DNA of 64,000 bases, taken from NCBI RefSeq assembly GCF_009914755.1, contig NC_060935.1. One strand, 5' to 3'. This DNA is from the human T2T-CHM13v2.0 reference genome, Homo sapiens. The notes under the pieces are model-generated. The model saw only the letters and a program-made list of their open reading frames with translations, was not told the DNA's origin and did not search any database. The translations under genes and the position numbers were made by a program. This document shows positions 41,935 through 55,065 of the stretch, piece by piece. The first letter of the stretch is position 1. Every line of letters starts with the position of its first letter.

Positions 41935-42435
41935 TGTGGCTGGCAAAATTCTGAGAAGGTCTCCAAGATTCCCACCCCATGATGTACAGGTCCTGTGTAA
42001 TCCCCTCCCCTTGACTGTGGGCAGAATCTGTGAATAGGATAGCAGTCCTGTGATTAGATTAACAATCCATCAACTTTTAGTTAATCAAAAAGGAGTTTAT
42101 GCCGAGTGGGCCTGACCTAATCAATGGGGCCTTCAGAAGGCGGCAAAACGTCGAGAGGCGTGCTTCTCTTGGCCTTGCTGATGCAGTGTCCGTGCGTCTT
42201 ACAGCTGCAAGGAATTGAATTCTGCCGACAGCCAGGGGAAAGAGAATCCTGAGACTCAGATGAGACTCCAGCCCAGGCTGATACCTTGAGTGTAGCCTGG
42301 GGAGACCCTGAAGAAAGGACCCCATTCAATTGTGCCCAGACTGTGGCCCAGGCAAACAGTAAGGTGATACACCTAAGTTGTTTAAAGCCATAAAGCTTGT
42401 GGCAACTTGCTATACAGCAAAAGAAAACGAGTATA
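41935..42435 (+). mobile_element. MLT1E-type MaLR LTR within an L1ME 3' fragment (about 41780-43100)
   Basis: TGTGGCTGGCAAAATTCTGAGAAGG...TAATCCCCTCCCCTTGACTGTGGGCAG...TGTTTAAAGCCATAAAGCTTGTGG. Confidence 0.8.
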
Positions 42436-43863
42436 CCTGTGGCTGGCAAAAATGTACAGAATCAGAAAATTAAATCCGCTGTTTGGGGGGATGCATTTGA
42501 ATTCAATTTGGAAAGCAGGTTGACATACTCCATAAGGTTGGAGATACATACACACCATACCCACCCACTGCTGTGCTCTCGCATGTGGCCTGGCTAAACC
42601 ACTGCCTGTGTAAATAGGTGCATGTGTACCAGAATGTGCATGGCAGTGCAGCTTAAATAGTCAAATGCTAAAAACAACCTAAATTAAACGACCATCATGA
42701 TAAGAATAAATAAATTGTGCTATATTCAGAAAATGGAATATTAGCAATGAAAATGAGCAACCTACAGTTAAGATATAACATGATAGATCTCAAAAATATA
42801 ATGCTGAGAAGCAAGATGCAAAAGAGGGCACACATTCCATTTCCATAAAGTTTGTAAACAGGCATAGTAAGACTACCCCTACTTAGAGATGCATACACGG
42901 GTATCAAAAAGAGGGATTTTTTTAGAGGCAAGGAAGTAATTTTCGTGAACTTCAGGATAGTGATTATCTCTGTCTGTGAGGAGGAAGAGATTGTGTTTGG
43001 AAAGGGAAAAATGAGAGACCTTCCGAGGTGCTAACAATGTTTGTTTCATGATTACTTTTTACACATGTGTTCACTTCATAATTTAAAAAAATATACACAT
43101 ACACTCTATGCATGCCTCTGTGTGGAGGACAGATCTCAGGACTAACAGGTGGGATGCTGAAGACCTCTGAATGACCTATCTTATACTCTGCCAGGGAAAT
43201 CTGCCTGAGAAAGTCCAGGGAACACAGATCTGGGGGCTCCTCTGACATGTGGAAGCCCTCAGTGGGAGTCAAGCTTCCCAAGAGCCTATACCGGGCTTGG
43301 AGCTGATGGCTCAATGCACCTTCCCCCGCCCCCTCCCACGCCAGAGAAGCCATCAGCTTCATGACACCTGTGCTGGCGCGGCAGCTGCGGGAGGGAGGAG
43401 GGAGCTGTCAGGAGCAGTCACTGGCATCAGACTAATAATAAGATTCATTTCTCCGAGACTCCCAGGACACAACCCAGGGAGACTGAAGAATGCTAATGCT
43501 GACTGCAAGGGCTCTGGGGGCTGGTTACTTATTTTTGTTTTTTAAGGTCAATTGTTTCAGGTTGGTACGCTTATTAGAGGGGGGATCAGTGGAAAAAGAG
43601 CATGTACCTCTATTCTAAGCCTAAAAGCAAAAGCCAGACAAAAAGAAGACATTCATTTATTAATCATGTCTCAATCCTCTTTCTTAGAGGGTACCTGAGT
43701 GGCCAGGGACAGAATCAAGACCTGTAGTTGTTAGTGGTTGTGGAGCTTGGAGCTGAAGAATCAGAGTCATAAGACAGAGATGCAAAACTTGGGGACTGCT
43801 GTTGCTCTTTCTTTCGTCCAGTCCTTCTTGAAGGTTGTTTCTCTATGCCTTCATCCTCATCAC

Positions 43864-44500
43864 TGTATCAGTTTCCTATGGTTGTGTCACAAAAAGTGCC
43901 ATACTTAGCAACTTAAAGCAACATAGATTTATTATCACAAGGTTTTAGTAGGTCAGAAGTCTGGGCATGGCATGGCTGGGTTCCCACTCAGGACCTGACC
44001 GGACTGAAATTCAGGCGTTGCCTCAGGTATGGTTTCCATCTGCGGCTGAGCAGAATCTGCTTCTGAGCTCCTGTGGTTGGGCAGAATTGAGTTTTCTGCA
44101 GTTGTATGACTGTGGTCCTCATTTCCTTGCTAGCTGTCATGTGGGGGTCACCCTCAGGGCCTAGAGGCCACCCACATCCCTTATCACGTGGTCCCCTGCA
44201 TCTTCAGAGTTAGCAACAGAGAAATACTTGTGCATCCAATTCCTTAATGCTTCAAATCTCTGACTTCTTTTCTTGTGTGTGAGCAAAGAAAATTCTCTGG
44301 TTTTATAGGGCTCAAGTGGTTAGGTCCAGCCCACCTGAATAATCTCCCTAACTTAAAGTTAACTGATTCAATGCCTTAAATATATCTGCAAATCCGTTGC
44401 ACAGAAGTACCTAGATTAATGTTTAAAATAATGGGGAAAACATGGTTATGCCAACGGCTCGGAATCTTGGCAGATGCTCTCTTAGAATTCCGCATACCAC
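43864..44500 (-). mobile_element. MLT1E-type MaLR LTR
   Basis: TGTATCAGTTTCCTATGG...GGTCAGAAGTCTGGGCATGGC...TTAGAATTCCGCATACCACA. Confidence 0.8.
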
Positions 44501-44659
44501 AATCATCAGTTGCTAGTATTGCTATTCTGAACACAGCATTCATGGGGATGTAAACAAAACAATGTGCCCAAAGGGAGGAGGAATGTCAAAAGATGGCCCA
44601 GACAATTGGGAGATTTATTCATTATTTGAGTTGAACTACACCTGGAGTTGGGAATAATA

Positions 44660-46330
44660 GCTTTCATTTATTCACTCATTCAACAAGCATGCTAGATGCT
44701 GTAGGAGGTTACACAGATAAACAAAATAGACCCTTCCATGACATTTACAGTGTAAAAAGATAACAAAACTATAATATTCACCCATTTAACAAATATGTAT
44801 TGTGTGCCTACTATGCGGCAGGTGCTAGATACTGAGGATATAGTGAATGACTAACATTACTAGGTACAATGCTGCAAGTCACAGCCTAAAAGAGTGCAAG
44901 TCTCATGGAAATTCAGAGTAAAAAAAGGGCTTCTCCAGGCAAGGGAATGTGCAAAGGCAACCGCCTTACAGAAGAGGAGATGATGGGCTATGCGTTATTT
45001 TAAGAGGAACTGAGGATACGAGGGGAATGGCTTGCTGGTTAGAGAAACTGATGTGAACAGAATCCCAAGGTGAGAAAGAGCAGCGAGAAAGTGGAAAACA
45101 AAGCCCACTTTAGATAGATTAAAAGTGATAGGAAAGAGTGTCATGCAAGATAAGAATATAAAGAAAGTTTGGGCCAGATTTTGAAGGATCTTGAAGGACA
45201 ATGAAAAGCCTTTTTTCGGATCAGACGCTCTCAAAGCTTCACTCTCAGGAGGTCAATTCAGTAACACTATCCATTTGCTCCTTCAATATCTACTAAAAAC
45301 CCAGCATGTAAACCCAGGCACAGTTTAAGCTGCTGGGCATACAAGCTGAAATCTCCGACCTCATACTTTTACTCTAGGGGAAGAGAAAACAATAAACAAA
45401 AAAATCAATAAACAAGATAATTTCAGACAGTGATGTATCATAAAGGAAAAACTATCAAGCGAGATAGAGTGATGGAAATTAGGGGAGAATGGTTTTAAGT
45501 TGAAGGGTCAGAGCAGGCTTCTCTGAGCAAGCCATATTAGAGCGAAGACCTGTACTCTAGAGGAGGCAAGCCATGCAGAGACCTGGGGGAGCCTTCCAGG
45601 CAAGGGCATAGGAAGGGATCCTGACATGGACATGGCGTGGCAGGTGAGAAAAGGCAAGGCTTCAGTGCGGTAGAGTGGTGTGAGCAAGAGGACCATGGAG
45701 GGAGTGAGGACCATGGAGGGAGTGATGTCAGAGAAGTTAGCAGGGGCAGATCTCTTAGGACTTCGAGAGCCAGGGAGAGTAGTTTGGATTTTATTGTAAA
45801 TTCACGGAGAAGTTCCTGGAGATTTCTAAGTAAGGCAGAGTGCTGAAATTACTGATCAGTCAGGCTAAGATGAATCCTAGGGGAGCAGGAGCAGGCCCAC
45901 CGCTGCTGTCCAGCCTCTGAGAGGCAAAGTCCCCGGAGGCCAGGGGCACTGGCTAGATGAGGATATCTTTAAAGGGAGCCAAAAGGTTTTGCTGATAGAT
46001 TGAAAGAGGGGTGAGAGAAGGGGAAAACTGACAAGAGGAGAAGGGGGCAGGGGGACCTGGTAGGACCTATTGCTAACAGGATGGGAGAGCAGAAATGAGA
46101 GGCTAGGCCATGTCTGGCATCAAGGAGAGGGGGTGACAGGTGAGGAAGGTTGCACACAGATCAGGACTAGATCAGGCAGACGAGGTCAGAGAAGGAAGCT
46201 AAGGTGACTCTGATTCTTCCAGCCTGGACCACTGGGGGACTAGTGGTGCCCACTAACAGAAACAGGGAATTGAAGAAGAGCAGCGCAGAAGGAGGGCAAT
46301 GAAACAGTTGTGGACATGAGGCCTTGCAGG
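44660..46330 (-). mobile_element. L2 fragments
   Basis: TCATTTATTCACTCATTCAACAAGCAT and CATTTAACAAATATGTATTG...CCTACTATG (L2 3' ends), plus purine-rich body. Confidence 0.65.
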
Positions 46331-46714
46331 GGACAGGCTCCCTGCACATAGAAAGGAGGGGCTACTGATGGGAATTAATGAGCTGCATGAAGCTGACTAA
46401 GCCAGAACTGGCTGCCTGCAAGGTGGACTCCAAGGTCTAGTGCCATTCATTCACCAGCAAGGCTGCCAGCCGCTGCTGACCATAACCCGCCTCACTGGAA
46501 TGACAAGGGGCCATGTTACCCCACAGTCTGTCACCCCATCCCCTACTGCCCCCACACAATGACTAATCGATACAAGAGTGGAAAAGCTTGGCTCTGTTGC
46601 CTGAAGATGGGACAACGCTGGCTGCGCTCAGCGACCCCCATTGGGTCATGACGAGGCTGGACTCCAGCTTTTGCCTTGCAGCTAAGCGTCAGGCTCTCCC
46701 CTTGCCCTGTCTTG

Positions 46715-47540
46715 TGGTGACGATCATAATCCCAAAAGACACAATCCAAAATTCCATAGTCTCAAATGTTGAAATCCCAAAAGAGCAACATCCCCAAATC
46801 TAAAATCCCAAAAATCACAATCCCAAAAGATTAAAATCCCAAATGTTGAAATCCTGAAAGCCGAATTCTGGGGAAAGAGTGGAGCATTTTCAGTTGTATG
46901 CAGAATGGTTTCACCATGTTAGGTGGCACTATTGCCGTGCTATTGTCTTACTCGGAAATTAAGAAAGGTTTAAGGAGGTGTGTATCGGTGCCAGGTTGTT
47001 AAGGGGTGGACGTGTGGGCTGGATGTTAGGTGTCACTTTGACTAGAAGAAGGAATCCCTAGAGACCTGGTAAAGCCCTCCTTTGGGTGCATCTTGAGGTG
47101 TTTCCAGAGGAGACTGGAGTGTGAGTCTAGGTGGACTGGGGGATCCTCTGCCCTCAGTGCTGGCAGGTACCATCCAGTCAGCTGGGGGCCCAGAGAGAAC
47201 AACCACAGAAGGTGAACTGCTCTTTTACTCTGAGAGCTGGAACAGACTTTTCTTCTGCTGCCTTGGACGTTAGAACTCCAAATGCACTGCTTTCTGGACT
47301 CCAGAACTTATGACACCAGTGGCCCCCCCAGGGTCCTAGTGCTTTTGGCCTCGAACTGAGTTACGCCATCAGCTGCCCTGGCTCTGAGGCCTTCAGACTT
47401 GGACTGAGCCAACCTAGAGTCTCCAGCCTGCAGATGATGACCTGTCATGGAACTTCTCAGCCACCATAATCATGTGAGCCAATTCCCCTAATAAGTCCAC
47501 TCTCCTTTCTCCCTCTCTCTCTCTCTTTCTCTCTCTCTGA

Positions 47541-47578
<38 letters not shown>

Positions 47579-47704
47579 TTCTCTCTCTCATCTATCTATC
47601 TGTCTATACATACACACATATCCTAATGGACCTGTCTCTGGAGAACCCTGGCTAACACAGATTTGGTATTGGGGAAGCCGAATATCATTCCTTCCTACTA
47701 TATT
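46715..47704 (+). mobile_element. Ricksha (MULE/MuDR) with captured MLT2B LTR
   Basis: GATCATAATCCCAAAAGACACAATCC and an AATCCC-repeat terminus; MLT2B body 47010-47660 ending GAGAACCCTGGCTAACACA; 10-bp TSD CCCTGTCTTG/CCCTATCTTG. Confidence 0.85.
47500..47620. repeat. (CT)n / (TCTA)n / (CA)n compound microsatellite within MLT2B
   Basis: Directly visible. Confidence 0.9.
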
Positions 47705-48015
47705 CCCTATCTTGCTTCCTTCATTCTCTTACAGGTTTTACCCCCTCAATAAATACCTTGCATAAAAGTCAACATTTCAGGCTCTTCTACAGAACTGGAC
47801 CAAAACCTATTTTTACTCAAAATAATAAATAGAATAACAGCTAACAACTATAATAATAATAAATAGAGTAATAGCTAACAAAAAATAATAAATAGAATAA
47901 TAGCTAACAACTACTGAGCACTTAATGCAGGCCAGGCACTGATAACCCCTTTCTTGAATTATCTCATTTAATCCTCACGATAACCCTGTGGGATAAGAAC
48001 ACTATTATTGCTAGT

Positions 48016-48448
48016 TGTATTCATTTCCTGGGGCTGCTCTGACAAATAACCACAAACTGTGTAGCTTACAACAACAGAAGCCTATTCTCTCACATCTCTG
48101 GAGGCCAGAAGTTCGAAATCAAGGTGTTGGCAGGGTTACACTTTCTCTGGAGGCTCTAAGGGAGAACCTGTTCTTCATCTCTCCCGGCTTCCGGTGGCTG
48201 TCACCATTCCTTGACTTGGGTCTACATCATTCCAGTCTCTGCTCCACAGTCACAGTGCCACCTCCTCTTGTGTGTGCCTTCCTCGTAAAGATACACGTTA
48301 TTGCATATAAGGTCCACCTAGATAATACATGGCAACCTTCTCCTCTCAAGATCCTTAATCACATTCTTTTGCCAAATAAAGCAAGATTCACAGATTCAGA
48401 AGATTAGGAAGAGGATGTATCTTTTTGAAGGCTATTTTTCCCACTACA
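48016..48448 (-). mobile_element. MLT1C-type MaLR LTR inside a MIR
   Basis: TGTATTCATTTCCTGGGGCTGC...GGAGGCCAGAAGTTCGAAATCAAGGTGTTGGCAGGG. Confidence 0.85.
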
Positions 48449-50280
48449 CCCATTTGTAAATGATGGGAGGAGAAAGGCAAAAGTAAAAGAATAATAAACA
48501 GAAATCACAAAATAAGACAGAAGAAATACATTAGTAAAAACAATAAATTTAAATGGAAAGAGCATCCCAGAATGGAATAAAACACTCTAACAAAATATAG
48601 CTAAATGTGGTTTACGGGAGACATGCAGAAATTGAAGGGAAACCGAAGGGAACAAGATTGAAAAGGATATACCAGGCAAATACGACTTCAAAGAAAATTG
48701 GAGCTGCTATAATACTGATAAACAAAACTGACCTTAAGGCAAAGGCATTAGTAGGAATGAATTGGAAGTATTAGTCATGATCGGTTAGGTTAGGCTGCAA
48801 TAACAAACAACCCAGAGGATCTCGGTGACTTGCTTCTTACTCATGCAACACATCCATCTCACAGTGGGGAAGCTCTGCTGTACAGTATGTTGACCCTTGC
48901 ACTCGACCCGATGGACTCGTCTCTATCTAAAACAAATACTGTCTCATGGAAGAAGAAAGAAAAAGATATTATGAACCAACTTCTGGTTCTTAAATCTTTT
49001 GTTTGAAAGTGATGCTTCTCACTTCTATTCAGATGTCACTCCCCAAACCAAGTCACACAGCTAACACTTACGTCAAGGAGAAGGGAAATACAATCGTCCC
49101 TTAGCACAGGGAATAAATATTTTAACAATGATACAGTCTACCATAATGGGCCACTGAATAGTGATCAGCAAAACAATTCACCAAGATGTTATAACAATTC
49201 TGTTGTTTTGTGCAAATAATAATTTAGCCCCAAAATATTTTTTAAACCAACAAAATTTCACATAGGAAATGACAATTTTACAATTATACTTGGAGATTTT
49301 AGGATGTTTGCTTCCAAAATGAGTAAATAAAGTAAATTAAATTAATAAAGATATTAAGTATAAACATACAAAGAACTATTATTCAATCTTAAAAAAGAAG
49401 GAAATCCTACAATTTGTGACAACATGGATGAATCTAGAGGAAATTATGCTACGTAAACTGAGCCAGTCCTAGAAGGACAAATACTGCACGATTTTATTTA
49501 TATGAGATCGTAAAGTAGTCAAACATAGAAGCAGAGAACAGAACGGTGTTGCCAGGGGCTGGAGGGAGGTGGAAATGAAAAGGTGTTACTCAATAGTTAT
49601 AAAGTTTTGGTTATCAAAAGGAATATTAAATATGCAAGATAAGTAAGTTCTAGAAATCTTCTGTACAGCATGGCACTTATAATTAACAATATAGTATTGT
49701 GCACTTAAAAATGTGTTTAAAAAGTAGATCTGTTTTAGCTTTTTGGCTTTTTTATTTAGCTGTTTTTTTTAGCTGTTTTTAGCTTTTAAAACAAGGCGCA
49801 CCCAGAGGAGGGCTTTACCAGGTCTCTAGGGATTTCTTCATCTGGTCAAACTGACTCCTAACACCCAGTCCACAACGTTAGCTGCTCTGAGTCCTGCAAC
49901 TCCCACACAGGCACCCAAAGGAACACAAGGAAACTCGGGGAAGTAATTGATATATTACAACCTTGATTCAGTGATGCTTTCATGCATGTATGCATAATAA
50001 GTTCAAAGTCATCAAATTGTGTAGACTAAACATGGGCAGGAGGTTTTTGCGTTTATCAACTCTGCCTAAATAAGACTGTTTTTTCAAAAAACATTACAGA
50101 AGATGCAAACAACAAAGTAAGCAAGTTTGAGCCAATAGACACAAATATAGAGCATTGTGCCAACAAAGAACATACATGAAACTTTCATAAAAATAGAACT
50201 TGAACTAGCACAGAGAATATTTCTGAAAATTTTAAAGTATAAATATCTTATAAAACAAATTTTTACCAAATTGTAATTAA

Positions 50281-50659
<379 letters not shown>

Positions 50660-52451
50660 AATTTCAGTCCATTGCTTAATAACCCTTTGAATATAGTAAG
50701 TCACTGTTAATAAGACATTAACAATTGAACACTAAAAACGTAATATATTAAATCTTGTAAGACACAGCTAAAGTTGTATTCAGAGGTAAATGTATAGCTT
50801 TAAAATGCATTTACTAGAAAACAAAGATTGAAAAAAAATACCTAAGTATCAAGAAGATTAAAAAAAAAAAACAAGGTAACACTCAAAAAAATTTTTTAAA
50901 AAGAAAAGAATTAAACCTGGGAAAAAATTAATAAATAGAAAAGAATCAGAACCAATAAGAAAGTTCGGCAAGTTTGCCATAGATATAATCTATTTATAAA
51001 AATCAATTGTGTTTCTATATAACAGCAAGGATATTTTAAAAATATTTAATAATTCTTAAAGATAATGAAAGAGTACAAAAATGTTAATGGTGTAGAGGAA
51101 TAATAACGAAAGATACATATTACATTTCTGCTTAAAATAATAAAATTTTATTGAAACATATTAAAGAAAACACAAATGAAAGAGGTATGTCATTTTCACA
51201 GGTGGGAAGATGATATTATGAAACTGTCAATTCTCAACTTAATCTATAAAGTTTTTGTAAATCGATTCATCTGTAAATATAATTTATAATACAATCAAAA
51301 GCAAACATGGGTCTTCAAGAATTACGAGTTAATTCTACAGTATAGACAGAAAATCAAAATAACAAAAATTGACTAAAATTTTTGAAGAAGTACAAAGTGA
51401 AAGTAATTAGTAAATCAAATATTAAGACATCATGAAGCAACAGTCAAGATAGTGTGGCATTGCTGCAGAACAGGTAAAACAAAATGGAGTGCTGACAGAT
51501 AGAACCTAAAATATAATGAAAATTGGTACATGACAGAGAGGTGACATAAGGCACTCAGTAAAGTATGGGATAATGAATAAATGGTGCTGTGACAACTAGG
51601 TGCTCCCGTGGATGAAAAACAAATTATATTCCTCACCCCATACCAAGGTATATTCCATATGGATTTTAAAGCTAAATGCAAAAGCAAATCTTTAAAATCC
51701 TTCAGACAAAAATTCAAGACACTAGATGACCTCAGGGTAAGGAAGGAAGGATTGCATCAGACACAAAAAACACAAGCCATAAAGAGGCCTTCACATTAAA
51801 ATGGAAACACTATGAACATCAAAAGTTATTGTACACAAATTGAAAAGAAGAACCTCATACAAGAAAAAGGCATATGCAAGACATATAATTAACAAAATAT
51901 TTATATCCAGAATATATTAAAATCCCAACTCAAGAAGCAAAAGGGAAAAAAAAAAAACCATGGAAAAATTGGCAACTGGAATCAAGAGGCAATTCATAAG
52001 AAAAAAAGCAAAAATGAGAAATGTGTGAGAATATGGCCAACTCCACTATTAATCATAGAAATGCAATTTGCAGCAGTGATCTATTATTTCACATCCATCT
52101 TTGGCAAAGATTAAAAAGCCTGACGATACCAAATGTTGGTGAGAATATGGAGCAATTGGAATGTGCAGCTAGGCAACATCAGAACAACCACTTTGGAAAG
52201 GAATTTGGCCAAATCTAGCTATGTCGAAGATGTGCACAGCCTTAAGATCTAGCACCTGCAGTTGTAAGTGCATTCCCTAGGGAAGCCCCATGTGTGTGAA
52301 CTGGGAGGCGTGCATGAGAAGATTTTCTGTAACACTTTCTGTAATTGAAAAAACTCAGAAAACAATCTGAAAGATCATCCACAGAAGAATGGATAAACTG
52401 TGATATATTCATGCAACAGAATACTCTACAGCAGTGAAAATGAAAAGGCTA

Positions 52452-52826
<375 letters not shown>

Positions 52827-54049
52827 TCATTTTTACAGAATAAAACCAATTATATAAAGTTGAACAGCAAGAAACAACAATACTTTATAATGTCGATGGG
52901 CATGTTAAACATGGAAAATTACATTTAATAAGAAACAGATTTTGAGCAGTGGTACCTCTGAGAAAGTGAAAGAAGAGAATGTGATTGAGGAGAAGTGCAT
53001 GGAACTTCAATGAAATATGGGGATAGGGAAAATGCTAAGATTTGGTAAATCTAGTTGATGAGAATACAGGTGTTCACTCCATTATTCTCTTTATCTGTCT
53101 GTACATCTGCAACATTCCACAATTCTTTTAAAATTAAAAAACATAAATAGGTAAAGACAAAAAGTGGAAGCTTTGTCCCAAGCTTGCTGCTACAGGGAGA
53201 AGTGGTAAAATTCTCATTCTCTAAAGGTCGCAGTTGACACGTGAGGAGAAAAAGAATAAGGTCCTTCATGCCCATGAAAAGAAATATAGCTGGACCCCGT
53301 AAGAACTGGAAAGTGGTCTCCTCTCTCCCTTCCTCCAGTTGGTCTCGAATGTCTACTTTCTATAAATTGATTACCTTATTTCATCTCTCCACCATGGGTC
53401 TTATATTCTCACGGGCCCTCAAAGCACCCTAGCCCCTGGTCTATTTGGCTTTTCAACTTAAGACCCTACACTGACTACATCTCCGTGTCTCCGCTCAAAT
53501 TTCTGAGAGTATCTGATTATCCCCTGCTAAGTCCATGGGTTTGCTGGCCTTGGGTAGATGCCTACTTCTAATTCAATTCGCTTTATAATAAAAAAGGATC
53601 CCTTTTAGGGGTTTGTGGGCAGGACAGGATTTCAAGAAAGGTTTGGATAAAACACATACTTCCCCACCCCATCCATCAACCTAGTTTAAGTGGGCAGGAA
53701 TTAGAACAGAAGCCTGCACAGAAATAAGGAATGTGCGTGAGGCTGAATCAGTCTCCTGTGGTCTTTCCCACACTACTTCTTGAGTGACCACCTGAAGAGT
53801 TGAAAAAAAGGTAATTGCTCACATCGGATTCTTGTCATGGACAACAAACTCAACGAACATATGAGAGCCAGATGGAAAAGTAGCCTCATACAGAGGATGG
53901 GGGTGGGGACAGTTATAGAGCTTGTGAGGAGACTGCTGACGTGCAAGATGAAAGAAGCCAAATGTGACCCTGAAGCTGGCCATGGGGGCAGCTGGCCCTG
54001 ATCAGAACTCACCTTCTCCACCCCCCAATCACTTAGAGGCTTCTCTTCT

Positions 54050-55065
54050 GGAGCTCTCCTCTCAATAAATGGCAGCATTATTCATCCACTAGCCAGAACC
54101 CCAGGCATCATCCCTCTCCCTTTCCTCTCGTCCACCCTACAGCGACATCCTGTGGCTTCTACCCCCGCTGAAGGCTTCTCCGTTTTTGCCGCATCTTTCC
54201 GTTTGTCACTGCCGCCTCTCACCTATTTCAACCTTCATTTCCCTCTCACCTGGTCTTCTGAAAGAGCTATTCCCAACTCAGGTGGAAGAATCCTTAAACA
54301 CCACCAACCCAATTTGTGTTCACCCATCATCACTGCATCTCCACAGGGGTCAGCCAGTGGGAGGAGCACTGGCCAGAGACTGGCCAGGAAAGCCGCAGCG
54401 ATCCTTGCATTAGCGTTGGGGAGAGACGGCCATTAAAAAAATAAACATGAAAAAGAGTTTTATTGTAAGTTGGGTAAGTGCTCTGCAGGAAAAGCTCTGT
54501 GTACTTCGAGATTGCTTAATCAGGGAAACACAATTTCAATGGAAGCAGTCAGAAAAGACCTCTCTGAAGAGTGACTTTTGACCTGATGGAGTCATGGTTT
54601 CCTCCTTAAAGCCTTTCATCACTTCCCCTTTCTGAAGATAAAGATAATCCAGGGCAAAGCCAGATGTAATTGGCTTCTGCTTCCCTTCCTGTCTAAATCC
54701 GTCTTCACTTTCTCCCCAGCTTTTCCCTCTCCAGCCACCCTGCTCTCTGTTCCCTGAAGATGTCACTGAGGAAACACCTTCTTGTCCCATTTCCCCCAGC
54801 CAATCCTCATCAGGTATGAATTAACATCACTTGCTCTAAGAAGCCATCCCGGAGCACCCTGAGGAGGATCCCCTGAGTGTGGTGTCATGTATATTGATCC
54901 TTCCTTATACCAAACGCTCTTGTAACCACCTCCTCAAAACCTGTTAAAACTCTCAACTCCGTATTTGTAGAGGAATGTCAGTCTTTTTTCTTAGTATAGC
55001 CCCAGGGCCTGGCTTATTAAAGGTACTTAACATGTAACTGCTACATAATCAAAGAAATAAATGAA
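54050..55065. mobile_element. L2 fragments
   Basis: AATAAATGGCAGCATTATTCATCCA...CCAGGCATCATCC; 3' end CCCAGGGCCTGGC...AAATAAATGAAT. Confidence 0.55.

Larger units (their letters stand above)
46340..47805 (+). mobile_element. LTR16-like ERVL LTR split by Ricksha
   Basis: 5' part ends CCCTTGCCCTGTCTTG; resumes CTTCCTTCATTCTC...AATAAATACCTTGCATAAAAG...TCAGGCTC. Confidence 0.55.
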
